64,000 bases of DNA from IMG/VR virus record IMGVR_UViG_3300022539_000610, positions 50,032-114,031 of that record, one strand, 5' to 3'. Both the position numbers and the translations under genes were made by a program. The notes beneath the pieces are model-generated. The model was given only the letters and a program-made list of their open reading frames with translations. It ran no database searches and was not told the DNA's origin. Every line of letters starts with the position of its first letter. The stretch's first letter is position 1. The stretch is from a virus. Of this stretch, positions 19,823-28,947 are shown piece by piece.

Positions 19823-20517
19823 TTCACAATCTCATTCAAATCCTTAAAAGGAATCAGATCGTTTAACTTCGACACAGGTGAACATGAATACACTCTTACC
19901 AACTTCTCCCTAAGAGCTTTGATTGTTGCCTCAAATGCCTGATAAAATTGTTGGTATCTAACAATGGAGGTTGCAGCAACTCGATGCCCACTATAATCAT
20001 TGTGAAAGTGAGTCCTACCCTCCTCATCATGCATGTACATATCAAAACCTACAAGATACAAAGGCTTCAACCCCATAATGTGAGCTATCCTTAGTGCTGA
20101 TACTCCTGAGTTGTTCCAAAAAGACACAAGAGAACCAAGAGACTCAGGCACCACCCGAATATGGCATCCTTGACCTGAGTCACGCTTGACCACATGGATA
20201 TCAGGGTATTTAACACAATCAATCTTAGCCTTCCGAGCAACGTTATCGGGACAAAACTTAACACAATTTACTTCAACAATCTCATCCTTAAAATGCTTCC
20301 AAAACCAGGCATCTCCAAAAAACAGATACGTCGGAGTCAAGAGGTTGTAAGCTTTGTTGACTCCAATAGTAATCTCACCTTCAAGATTTGAAAAATCAAA
20401 CCCATTGTCCTGCAACTTAGCAATCGAAGGCCCTCCACCTATAATAAAACCTCTTCTTCTGCCACTATACAGGTCATCAAACTCCTTTGTGGCATAGTGG
20501 ACTCGTGGGCCTTTCAT
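19819..20517 (-). CDS. MptE/Maf (DUF115)-like, GT29-related fold protein
   Basis: FIIGGGPSI, TIGVNKA, NSGVSALRIAHIMG, LYLVGFDM. Confidence 0.75.
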   Translation of the reverse strand: MKGPRVHYATKEFDDLYSGRRRGFIIGGGPSIAKLQDNGFDFSNLEGEITIGVNKAYNLLTPTYLFFGDAWFWKHFKDEIVEVNCVKFCPDNVARKAKIDCVKYPDIHVVKRDSGQGCHIRVVPESLGSLVSFWNNSGVSALRIAHIMGLKPLYLVGFDMYMHDEEGRTHFHNDYSGHRVAATSIVRYQQFYQAFEATIKALREKLVRVYSCSPVSKLNDLIPFKDLNEIVK

Positions 20518-20519
20518 CT

Positions 20520-20708
20520 CTACACATGAGTAGGTGAAGGTGGGGTGCCTGCAGTGTCTGATAGAGCTTGCATTCCAGCATACACACCTTCAGCAATCGC
20601 ATTAATAAAACACTGGAGTTGACTTTGTTCACTACCTAAATCTACATCACAATTAGCCTCCAACTGAGCAATAATAGCAGCTTCAATAGCTGCAGCACTT
20701 GTTGCCAT
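20520..20708 (-). CDS. small baseplate/spike-associated hypothetical protein
   Basis: RBS GGAGG; lies downstream of the spike gene. Confidence 0.55.
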   Translation of the reverse strand: MATSAAAIEAAIIAQLEANCDVDLGSEQSQLQCFINAIAEGVYAGMQALSDTAGTPPSPTHV

Positions 20709-20726
20709 AATACAAACCTCCTCTCT

Positions 20727-21416
20727 TTAGAAACTTAAAGCATCAATAATCGCTTCCTTCACATCTAAGGCATCATTTACCTGATTCAACTGAGTTACTA
20801 CAATAGGATCTCCATTCCAAACGCCAAATATAGCTGTGTCAAAAGTGTTATCTGATCTCAGGTTTAGTAAAGTACGAGCATCATCTCCACAATCGGTTAC
20901 ACCAACATGACCACAGATTGCAGTCAAACACTGATAAGTATAATCAAGCACATCCAAAGCCTCTCCCAGTCCTGAGCGTTGGATAAATCCATTGTACTCA
21001 GAAACATGTCCAGCAGCAATCCCAGCTAAAATGGAATTCAAAGCATCCCTTGAAACTGTCTTAAGTCCAGACTTTATTGACTTTAGAAGTTTACCAGTTA
21101 GGACAACAGGCAGTTCCGTTACACTTGTAAACTGAGCTATCCTATCCTGAACAGCTGGAGGGATTAGTGGACGAAAGCACTCTTGCTGCATTAAATACTT
21201 CAAATTATCAGGAAGGGTATCATCTATGCCAGTGTCCACAGCATTTAAAGCGTTAATGGCATTATCTATTGCTGCCTGTGGCACTGCAATTACGGCAGCA
21301 ATCCCCGCCTGTAGAGCTGCAAGTAAGCCAGTAAACCGAGTACGCATACCCACAACCTTATTGCAAAAAGAGTTGTGCCTTACAGTTAAATAATCACAGC
21401 CTTCGTTTAGATCCAT
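20727..21416 (-). CDS. hypothetical protein (baseplate region)
   Basis: 229-aa ORF tiled within the operon. Confidence 0.6.
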   Translation of the reverse strand: MDLNEGCDYLTVRHNSFCNKVVGMRTRFTGLLAALQAGIAAVIAVPQAAIDNAINALNAVDTGIDDTLPDNLKYLMQQECFRPLIPPAVQDRIAQFTSVTELPVVLTGKLLKSIKSGLKTVSRDALNSILAGIAAGHVSEYNGFIQRSGLGEALDVLDYTYQCLTAICGHVGVTDCGDDARTLLNLRSDNTFDTAIFGVWNGDPIVVTQLNQVNDALDVKEAIIDALSF

Positions 21417-21422
21417 CCTCTA

Positions 21423-22097
21423 TCACCCTTTACTGCATTCCACATCTGCGGAGGGATCACCATGAGGACTTCCCGTGAAGTGACAAGCACTCAACGCAGT
21501 TATAACCCCCGCTAAAGTACCACTCCCTCCATCTAGTTTAATCTTGTTACCCGCTTCTATTGTAACTGATCCTCCAACCATGATATTCCAATTATTGGCT
21601 ATTTCTTTAGTTTCATCATTACTAACTTGTTCTTCTCGATTTTTTGTCTCAGAATCAATCTTGATATAGTCACCATTGACGTCAGTGAACTTAATATACT
21701 TTGCTCCATCTACATCAGAAAACTCTAACATATGTCCTTCCGGAGTTTTGATTACATAATTTAATGGTGGAGTCTTCTGTCCCTCTGTTGGCACTTCTCC
21801 TTCAAACCAATGCACCCCAGTCCAAAGGGGAAACCAAGGATGTCCTCTAAATAACTTTACCCTTACCTTTGCCCCAACTTTCGGAATCATAAAAATACCA
21901 TAGCCACTACCTCCAAAAGGCATACTTGGATTAGCCCAAGGGAGCTTGTCTTTTGCAATACTCCCATATAACTCTGGAATTAGAACCCTAAGTCTTCCTA
22001 CTTTGTGAGGGTCTTCGTTGTCTTTAACTGTACCCACGTAGTCCTCACTAAACTTAGGTTTCAACAGTCCTTCTACTAATTCAAATACTTTAATCAT
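21423..22097 (-). CDS. baseplate spike (gp5/gpV/VgrG OB-fold)
   Basis: GTVKDNEDPHKVGRLRVLIP, PWANP, IPKVGAKVRV, KTPEGHMLEFSD; C-terminal CHFTGSPH. Confidence 0.92.
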   Translation of the reverse strand: MIKVFELVEGLLKPKFSEDYVGTVKDNEDPHKVGRLRVLIPELYGSIAKDKLPWANPSMPFGGSGYGIFMIPKVGAKVRVKLFRGHPWFPLWTGVHWFEGEVPTEGQKTPPLNYVIKTPEGHMLEFSDVDGAKYIKFTDVNGDYIKIDSETKNREEQVSNDETKEIANNWNIMVGGSVTIEAGNKIKLDGGSGTLAGVITALSACHFTGSPHGDPSADVECSKG

Positions 22098-22111
22098 AAA
22101 GCCACCAAACC

Positions 22112-22306
22112 CTAAAACTTCAATTTTCCTTTCCTTATCTCATCATATGCAATCTTTGATGCTTCTTCTTTTGAATAACCTGCCTTGACAAGCTCCTCCA
22201 TTCTAGTCTGGTGTACCTTTAGTTTTCTTGTAGCAAGGTTATGTCGAGTTTTATAATCTTTACCGCCACCCAAAGCGGCCTCTATTAGATATCTAGCTCT
22301 ACTCAT
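22112..22306 (-). CDS. small leader-tagged protein
   Basis: Starts MSRARYLIE. Confidence 0.7.
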   Translation of the reverse strand: MSRARYLIEAALGGGKDYKTRHNLATRKLKVHQTRMEELVKAGYSKEEASKIAYDEIRKGKLKF

Positions 22307-23377
22307 TTAAACCTCCACCAAATTCTTAAAGACCGCGTTACTGACCAAATGTAGATGGGAGAGGAACAAATCATGTTCAAAAGTATGAGCAACTCCAAAT
22401 AAGTAATAATCACTAGAATACTCAGCTAACTCACCACTGGCAAAAGGAAGAGAGAACCTGGTGACTTGACCAGGCATCAAACTTAAATCACCATCAACAA
22501 TAGCCTCAGCATCCACAATGAATTTACTTCTTGCAAGCTCACTCCTAGTATGAGCTTCTACCATCCACTTTCTATCGTAAGGGAGTAGACTGATTCGTTC
22601 ATAATCAGATGAGTACGAAAATTTACTTGTCGTGGAAGAGGTAACCTCCTCCATTGTATCTGAATAAGAGATAAGTCCCTTAGCTACATGATCGTAGCCA
22701 TAGCCCTTGTGGGATGCCCCTTCTAGGAAATCAACAATACTTCCCTGGTTTCTAATGGTAAACCTTTTAACAGAAGTAATAGCATTTGGAGCAACTATGT
22801 ATTCACGTTGTGGGTTGCCTACAAGAAGTGGAGGTTTAAACAAAACAGTCCCAGCATCAATCGTGAAAAAGAAAGGAACTTCACCCCCTGTACCTACAGC
22901 AATCGGCTGCAAATAGTTTACTATGAATTGAAGATCCGTCAGATTTGGTTGGACATACTCCGCTGTGCCTTTAGTCCCAGTTATATCAGACTCAAGCCCG
23001 GCGCCATCTGCAACTTGAGACACTACTGAGCTAATAACTCCACTCGAATGACACTTAGCCCTTGGTGAGGCGGTTAGAAGGGTAAAACCTGGCTCCACAC
23101 CTACTAATTTCACAGATATATCATTAAAAGATACTCTATTTCTGGATGCTAATACCTTCATCTCATACAAATCAGAATTATCAACATCATGACCATATCG
23201 AATCTTAAACTTACTATAATTCATCTTCTCAAAAAGAATTTCTTGATCAGTATGTTCCAATATTACAACGCAATAAGAAGTGCAAAGGCGAAACCCTCTT
23301 ACATGAATAAGTTGCTTGAGTCCAGTTTCAAACCCAATTATGTCATCACCGACTTCAATAAAAGCCTGGACTCCCAT
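22307..23377 (-). CDS. baseplate hub (gp27 / Mu gp44 / gpD-like)
   Basis: YVQPNLTDLQFI, VDGDLSLMPGQV, YYLFGVAHTF; sits between gp53-like and spike genes. Confidence 0.8.
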   Translation of the reverse strand: MGVQAFIEVGDDIIGFETGLKQLIHVRGFRLCTSYCVVILEHTDQEILFEKMNYSKFKIRYGHDVDNSDLYEMKVLASRNRVSFNDISVKLVGVEPGFTLLTASPRAKCHSSGVISSVVSQVADGAGLESDITGTKGTAEYVQPNLTDLQFIVNYLQPIAVGTGGEVPFFFTIDAGTVLFKPPLLVGNPQREYIVAPNAITSVKRFTIRNQGSIVDFLEGASHKGYGYDHVAKGLISYSDTMEEVTSSTTSKFSYSSDYERISLLPYDRKWMVEAHTRSELARSKFIVDAEAIVDGDLSLMPGQVTRFSLPFASGELAEYSSDYYLFGVAHTFEHDLFLSHLHLVSNAVFKNLVEV

Positions 23378-23719
23378 TTACTGCAACCACTTTGTGAAAA
23401 TTATCGAGGGACTTGGAATTCTTAAAACATCCCCTGTTTTGATATTAAATGGATTGTAAATACTGTTTGCTAACAGAATAATCCACCAATAACTAACCGT
23501 CCTATAGTACTTGTAGCTAATCAAATCAAGTCGGTTCTCATCCTGCCGCTCTACAGTATGATAGATGTCTTCTTCCGACAAAAACTCCTCTTTGCTTTCC
23601 AAGAACATTGGTATAATTGCCGTTTCATCTGTTTTGTATAACGACATAGCCGTAGCCATAGAGTAATTCGGAATTTCCATGGTCGGCTTCGTTATTTTAA
23701 CAAACTCACCCATCACCAT
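23378..23719 (-). CDS. baseplate gp53 / LysM-like protein
   Basis: ENRLDLISYKYY...YWWIILLANSIYNPF.IKTGDVLRIP. Confidence 0.9.
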   Translation of the reverse strand: MVMGEFVKITKPTMEIPNYSMATAMSLYKTDETAIIPMFLESKEEFLSEEDIYHTVERQDENRLDLISYKYYRTVSYWWIILLANSIYNPFNIKTGDVLRIPSPSIIFTKWLQ

Positions 23720-24369
23720 GCCCCGCTGAGAGATTTATCTTCAACACGCTTAGGCCAACCACTTGTATAAAATGCCTGCCCATCTCGAACCGAACCATGA
23801 GTATAATAATCAAAAATTTCAACTCCTAAATTAATATCAGCCCCCATTGGTTTCCCTTCAGACATACTCCAGAGGTTAGACCAGGTAGTAGAAACTTGTG
23901 TTACCAAAACCCTCAAATCATATAGTTGAGCAATAACAAGACGACACAATGGAAAACTTCTTCCAGCAGCAGTTAGAGCAATGCCAATAAAAGCTTCTCC
24001 CACACTATTCGACCCAATAATAGGACAACACAATGACTGTAATTGTGCTATGTTTCTTTGAATATCTTCAATTATCAACCCAGTTGAATATTTTCCAGTT
24101 CTGGTTTTACTAGCACGCCATTCAATGTTGAAAGATAAAGTTTTAGGTTGTACTCCTTCGTTCTTTCTTGCTAAACCAGCTATTTTTGTAGCCCCAGCAA
24201 GTTTTTGAAACGCAAGCTTCACAATAGGATTACCACCAGGTAAAGAGTAAGAAGTGGCAATCGAATCACTTATCCCTTCTCCTTTAACTACGAACTCAAT
24301 TTTAACAGGGGGGTCGATACCGATTGTCTCGATTTTTCCATTAGGTGCTGGTGAAGTTCTCGCAGGCAT
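23713..24369 (-). CDS. tube initiator / baseplate-tube junction protein
   Basis: Position after tape measure; KTLSFNIEW, PLCRLVI, VTQVSTTWS, PMGADINL. Confidence 0.6.
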   Translation of the reverse strand: MPARTSPAPNGKIETIGIDPPVKIEFVVKGEGISDSIATSYSLPGGNPIVKLAFQKLAGATKIAGLARKNEGVQPKTLSFNIEWRASKTRTGKYSTGLIIEDIQRNIAQLQSLCCPIIGSNSVGEAFIGIALTAAGRSFPLCRLVIAQLYDLRVLVTQVSTTWSNLWSMSEGKPMGADINLGVEIFDYYTHGSVRDGQAFYTSGWPKRVEDKSLSGAW

Positions 24370-24370
24370 A

Positions 24371-25525
24371 TTACAGACTCCCTGAACCTAGAAAGGCTAC
24401 TAAAGGATCGTCACGAAAATCTCGCATAGTCTCTGGCTCCCTTGTTCCCACTACTCTAGTTAACAAGTCTTTGATAGAACCCAATAGTCCCACTGTCTCT
24501 TTGTTATCTGTAGTGACATTCACTTTCGTATCTATACTTTTATCTTTCATAGATCGGGCAGGCTGGGTTAGTTTAGTAGCTTCAGCCCTAACAAGGATAG
24601 GTTTAGCCACTACTGACGCAGCCTGTGTTATCCCAACTTCTTCCCTTTTCTTTTGTTTCACCAATACATCTGCCTGTCTTTGAATAATAGGTTTACGAGT
24701 CTCTTGCTCCTTCGCCAGCTTTTCAACTTGTACTTCTCCCTTCTTAGCTCTTCCTAACCCAAAAAGTCCACCAAGCCAGCCACCCACCTTACCAGCAGAT
24801 TTCTTTATTGCATCTATAATACTACCAAGACTAAATGTCTCACCCAACCACTTTATAAAGTCAGAAAACCCTTTGACTATATTCCCCCAACTTATTGCTT
24901 CTTTAATCTTAGCTAAACCTTCATTAATCCAGCCCCATACAGCACTACCAATATTGACAACACCCTCCCAACTCAATGCGTCACCTATCACTTTCAAACC
25001 ACTAGTTATCCATTCACCAACTTTAGTTGAGACGTTGACTATATTTTCCCAGCTTATCTTCTCTTTGATCTTAGCTACTCCTTCATTAATCCAATCATTA
25101 ATTTTACTACTCACGTTAACTATGTTTTCCCAACTAAGCTTTTCCTTAATCTTAGTTAACCCTTCACTGATCCACTCTCCAATCTTAGTTGAAACATTAA
25201 TTACATTTTCCCAACTAATCTTCTCTTTAATTTTACTTACACCTTCATTTATCCAGTCATTAATCTTGGCAGAAATGTTGACTATGTTTTCCCAACTAAG
25301 CTTTTCCTTAATCTTAGTTAACCCTTCACTGATCCACTCTCCAATCCTGCCACTTACATTCACTATGTTTTCCCAGCTTAAAGTATCACTTATCACTTTC
25401 AAACCACTTGTTATCCAACCCCCCACAGTCTTAGCAACATTTACTATCTCTCCCCAATCCTTACTAATCTTCTCTCCTATTATTTTCAAACCCCCAGTTA
25501 TCCAACCCCCCACAGTTCCAGCAAC
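24371..25525 (-). CDS. tape-measure-like protein, C-terminal part
   Basis: Trp-periodic amphipathic repeats; frame opens near 25525, overlapping the upstream ORF. Confidence 0.75.
   Translation of the reverse strand, partial: VAGTVGGWITGGLKIIGEKISKDWGEIVNVAKTVGGWITSGLKVISDTLSWENIVNVSGRIGEWISEGLTKIKEKLSWENIVNISAKINDWINEGVSKIKEKISWENVINVSTKIGEWISEGLTKIKEKLSWENIVNVSSKINDWINEGVAKIKEKISWENIVNVSTKVGEWITSGLKVIGDALSWEGVVNIGSAVWGWINEGLAKIKEAISWGNIVKGFSDFIKWLGETFSLGSIIDAIKKSAGKVGGWLGGLFGLGRAKKGEVQVEKLAKEQETRKPIIQRQADVLVKQKKREEVGITQAASVVAKPILVRAEATKLTQPARSMKDKSIDTKVNVTTDNKETVGLLGSIKDLLTRVVGTREPETMRDFRDDPLVAFLGSGSL
24870..25525 (-). repeat. about 8 tandem 81-bp (27-aa) repeats with a 162-bp higher-order unit
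   Basis: Unit LSWENIVNVSxKIGEWISEGLTKIKEK alternating with a KINDWINEGV variant. Confidence 0.9.
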
Positions 25526-26408
25526 ATACTAACGACTTTACTCCTGCCCATGCATCCCCAAATAACTTTCCAACTCTGGGAAAAATACCAGTCTCCGGAT
25601 CATGTAAGAAGTCATATACCCACTTACCTAACCCACCTGTCTCTCCAAAAGCTTTGTCAATCAATTTATTCAAAAAAGTTCCTATTGCAAAACCAATAGC
25701 ACCAGCTGCAGCTAAAGCTATCGCAGGAGCAGCAACAGCCAAAGCAGATCCCAACATAGGAACAATACTCATAACCATTGATCCAATTGCCTTTGCACCT
25801 ATCCCAATGCCCTTACCAGCAACCCCCAAAAGTGGGGCCAATCCTTTTCCTGCTACCTTTGCTACAGTACCAAAACCCTTGGCGGCACCACTTATTATAG
25901 TACCAAAACCTCTTGCAGCTGTTCCTAACACCTTGCCCATTCCACTAAAAAATTTTCCAATCCTACTTTGCTTACCAAAAATCCGACCAAAGAATCCTTC
26001 TCCTCCATCCATGTCACCACGGAGCTTCTTAAGTTGAAACTCAGATTGTTCACCTGATACCATTACTACTTCTCTGAGGTCATCTATGGATTCCTTCACT
26101 TCTCCAATTGATTGAACCATTCGGTAAGTCGATTCATCTTGAGACTTCTCGATTTGTCCACCTAAACTCGAAGCTGATTTAGCCTGAGCTTCACCTATCT
26201 GTCCACCAATAGCAGACATAGATGCGCTCTGAGACCTCTCCATCTGCTTGCCTATTCCAGAGCTAACTTTGGAAAAAACATCTCCCATTGTTCTAACAAC
26301 CCCTGGACCTAAGAACTCCTGAGCAGTCCCAATAGCAGCACCCTTAGCAGCTGAAACCCCAGCACTCACTTGAGCCTTAATTGTTTTGCCAACAAATTCA
26401 AATGCCAC
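25464..26408 (-). CDS. tape-measure-like protein, N-terminal part
   Basis: Gly/Ala-rich helical protein with hydrophobic stretch; C-terminus after VKSLV is out-of-frame text. Confidence 0.75.
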   Translation of the reverse strand: MAFEFVGKTIKAQVSAGVSAAKGAAIGTAQEFLGPGVVRTMGDVFSKVSSGIGKQMERSQSASMSAIGGQIGEAQAKSASSLGGQIEKSQDESTYRMVQSIGEVKESIDDLREVVMVSGEQSEFQLKKLRGDMDGGEGFFGRIFGKQSRIGKFFSGMGKVLGTAARGFGTIISGAAKGFGTVAKVAGKGLAPLLGVAGKGIGIGAKAIGSMVMSIVPMLGSALAVAAPAIALAAAGAIGFAIGTFLNKLIDKAFGETGGLGKWVYDFLHDPETGIFPRVGKLFGDAWAGVKSLVCCWNCGGLDNWGFENNRRED

Positions 26409-26422
26409 TTATTTCTCCTAAA

Positions 26423-26611
26423 TTACCCAATATCAAGTATCGGTGTCTCCTTCGAGTCTATCTTCTTTTTTACCATCTGTACTAACACTCTCCGATCCCT
26501 CGGACTCAGTGTCTTCAAGTACAGACTGTCCAACCTGCCGCGTATCGATAAGTCCAAAATCTCCTGAAGCATTGCTATCTTTAGATCCCTGGACGTATCG
26601 ACTGGGACGAA
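26423..26611 (-). CDS. hidden +1-frame extension (gp51/gpGT-like) of tail assembly chaperone
   Basis: 62 open codons FVPVDTSRDLKIAMLQEILDLSIRGRLDSLYLKTLSPRDRRVLVQMVKKKIDSKETPILDIG*, starting within GAA TTT TTT C. Confidence 0.55.
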   Translation of the reverse strand, partial: FVPVDTSRDLKIAMLQEILDLSIRGRLDSLYLKTLSPRDRRVLVQMVKKKIDSKETPILDIG

Positions 26612-27368
26612 AAAATTCTATAGATGGTGGGAGAACAGTTGAAAACTTCTTACTGCACATCTTACATACAATCTCAACATTAGGGTCAATGCCATGAGCA
26701 AACTGTTTCAACTGCTCATCAATGAACAAAGAGTCTTTACTTGGTAGATAAGAAAGACACAAATTCTCAATAGACAATCGGTCAGTAATCTCAGTGCCAT
26801 CAGGGTGTTCTATTCTGGCAATAGAATACGATCTCCTCAACAAACCAGAAGGGTCTCCCTTAACACCTTTATACTTTCGCACTTCCCCAACACGCTCCTG
26901 AGCCTTAACTTCATCACTCCGTCTTACAGCTTTCAAACTAACTTTCAACTTCGTCTTAGGTAAAGTGACAGCAAATGGTTCTGTAACATCAGCTTCTAAA
27001 TACTTCACTTCAAGACTAGCAAGATTAATAACATAAGGGACAGTGGATTCAGGGCTACAGTTAGGGCAAGCAATCTCTATATCATAATCAGGTGAGTAGC
27101 TATTGGCCCTAAGCCATACTAAAAGATAATAGGAATCCTCAGCAGTGAGGACTCCTATGTCCCAATCTCCCTTAATGCAACTATCAAGAACAGAGCTGAT
27201 TACCCTTTGCATGTTATCCCTGTTAGCACTAGCAAGTAAGCTCTCCTCTGGTGCTGCATATTCACGGATATCAACAAATCCTGCCTTCAACTCCTCTTGA
27301 GTGTAAAGTTTGCCCTGCGAGGGTAGCCTAACAGGGACATACGGTGGTAAAAGTGTTGTCCAGTCCAT
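26433..27368 (-). CDS. T4 gp26-like baseplate hub / tail assembly chaperone
   Basis: VRLPSQG, IREYAAPEESLL, DSYYLLVWLRANS, two CxxC motifs, IEFFRP. Confidence 0.85.
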   Translation of the reverse strand: MDWTTLLPPYVPVRLPSQGKLYTQEELKAGFVDIREYAAPEESLLASANRDNMQRVISSVLDSCIKGDWDIGVLTAEDSYYLLVWLRANSYSPDYDIEIACPNCSPESTVPYVINLASLEVKYLEADVTEPFAVTLPKTKLKVSLKAVRRSDEVKAQERVGEVRKYKGVKGDPSGLLRRSYSIARIEHPDGTEITDRLSIENLCLSYLPSKDSLFIDEQLKQFAHGIDPNVEIVCKMCSKKFSTVLPPSIEFFRPSRYVQGSKDSNASGDFGLIDTRQVGQSVLEDTESEGSESVSTDGKKEDRLEGDTDT

Positions 27369-27408
27369 CGTTTAGTACCTCCTTTAGTTTTAGATTTTCA
27401 ACTAATAC

Positions 27409-27915
27409 TTAGATATTCTGTGGAATTATCTTATCCACTGAAAACGTTACCGACCTCGTTTCATTTGCTGTATTGGCCCAGGCCCATGCTCCGTCACCAG
27501 GATTCTCAGGATAACACCCCTTAATCAGATATGACCTATGAACAGAGAGATCAGGCTTAAGAACAATCAAAACACTATCTGCTTTGTAGTCCTCCGCGAA
27601 ACCTATCTCTTCTGTCTCAGGGTTGTAGATCCTGTTCATCCACTTTTCTATCTCTGTAATCGCATCTTTGTTATACGCAGAGAGAAAAGTAACTGTCATA
27701 GGGCCAAGAATAGGCCTCCCCGCAAACTTCACATCTTGATTCAAATGACTTATAATCACAGAGGTGAAGTTAAATGTAGGATGGGTAACGTCAGAAGCAT
27801 TCACGTTGAGAATTTCATCAGTCAGAAATGTAGTTGCAAACTCCAACCGATACAACCAGTTTCTAATTGGGTCCATCTGACTAGTGTTCCCAAAGTATGG
27901 ATTCAAATAAGGCAT
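27409..27915 (-). CDS. tail tube protein (gp19-like)
   Basis: DPIRNWLYRLEF, KFAGR, IEKWMNRIYNPET, YKAD, IKGCYP, VTFSVD. Confidence 0.9.
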   Translation of the reverse strand: MPYLNPYFGNTSQMDPIRNWLYRLEFATTFLTDEILNVNASDVTHPTFNFTSVIISHLNQDVKFAGRPILGPMTVTFLSAYNKDAITEIEKWMNRIYNPETEEIGFAEDYKADSVLIVLKPDLSVHRSYLIKGCYPENPGDGAWAWANTANETRSVTFSVDKIIPQNI

Positions 27916-27955
27916 AATATATTTCCTCCTATTATTATTTTAATGCGTGCCAAAA

Positions 27956-28933
27956 TTAACTTATTTTTTCTTCAATATCTTTAAACATAATCAACATCTC
28001 ATCCCAATTTTGTTCAGTCATTATAAAAAGCGATTCATCATACTTATCAAGAAGATAATTTTTATTGTGCCTTATATGATCATCAACAAAACATGAGGGT
28101 TTTATCTCTACATAGATTCCATTAAGAATGAATAAATAAAAATCAGGAGTGTACCTCCATGATGAACCATTTTGACTAATCAGAAATGTTTTAGGTTCAT
28201 ACTGCCAATTGATCTTTAGATGATCAAGAGATTTAGCAAAAGCAACTTCCCAAGATGAACGCATCCTGATATTATTATAGAATGCTTCCTTGGCTTTAGT
28301 GTAGCCAAATTCATTATTTGGGTCCCTAAGCCTTCTAACTGCAGATTCAGAAACAGCTTCTTTCACTTTATTAGAAAACTCAAGATTTTGCCAATGCCTA
28401 GTCATATTTGCCGATTGCACTATCTTCATCATTGATCTAAAATCTGAATCTTGCCATCTAGCTACCATCATCTTAGAAACTGCAAGTCCCTGTTTTTCAA
28501 TAAATGTAGGATCTTGCCATTGCTTCTTATTTAACTGCTTCATTCTATCAGATGACTCTTTATCCAATTTCTTACGAAACTCAGGATCTTTATTCAATTG
28601 GATCATTGTATTAGATGATCTCTTAACATGCCTTTTCCTGAATTCAGGATCTTGCCACTGTTTCTCATGTAACTTAGCCATGCTTTTAGATGCTGCTTTA
28701 TCCCTCTTTATGCAAAAATCAGGGTCTTGATTAAGTTTAGTTGTGTTAGCAGAATACAAGCTTCTTAACTGATCACAGACAAGTTTAGATCCAGGATATT
28801 TACATAGAAAATCCTCATAAGTCAATTCATGAAAACACTTAACATGCTTATGAAGCAGCTTCATCTTACGTTCACAAATTGGGCAAACTACATAAGAAGT
28901 AGGGTCATTCATATTAATCAATACTTTGAGCAT
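27956..28933 (-). CDS. free-standing homing endonuclease (Zn finger + WQDPEFR repeats + PD-(D/E)XK)
   Basis: CPIC..HVKCFH; repeats QDPDF, WQDPEFR, KDPEFR, WQDPTF, WQDSDFR; MRSSWE...WQYEPKTF...YTPDFYL...VEIKP; AT-rich. Confidence 0.85.
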   Translation of the reverse strand: MLKVLINMNDPTSYVVCPICERKMKLLHKHVKCFHELTYEDFLCKYPGSKLVCDQLRSLYSANTTKLNQDPDFCIKRDKAASKSMAKLHEKQWQDPEFRKRHVKRSSNTMIQLNKDPEFRKKLDKESSDRMKQLNKKQWQDPTFIEKQGLAVSKMMVARWQDSDFRSMMKIVQSANMTRHWQNLEFSNKVKEAVSESAVRRLRDPNNEFGYTKAKEAFYNNIRMRSSWEVAFAKSLDHLKINWQYEPKTFLISQNGSSWRYTPDFYLFILNGIYVEIKPSCFVDDHIRHNKNYLLDKYDESLFIMTEQNWDEMLIMFKDIEEKIS

Positions 28934-28947
28934 TAATATTCCTCTAC

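Noticed and set aside
24870-25525. CRISPR-like array
   Set aside because: These are in-frame coding repeats with no unique spacers; no cas genes or repeat-spacer arrays were seen in the window.
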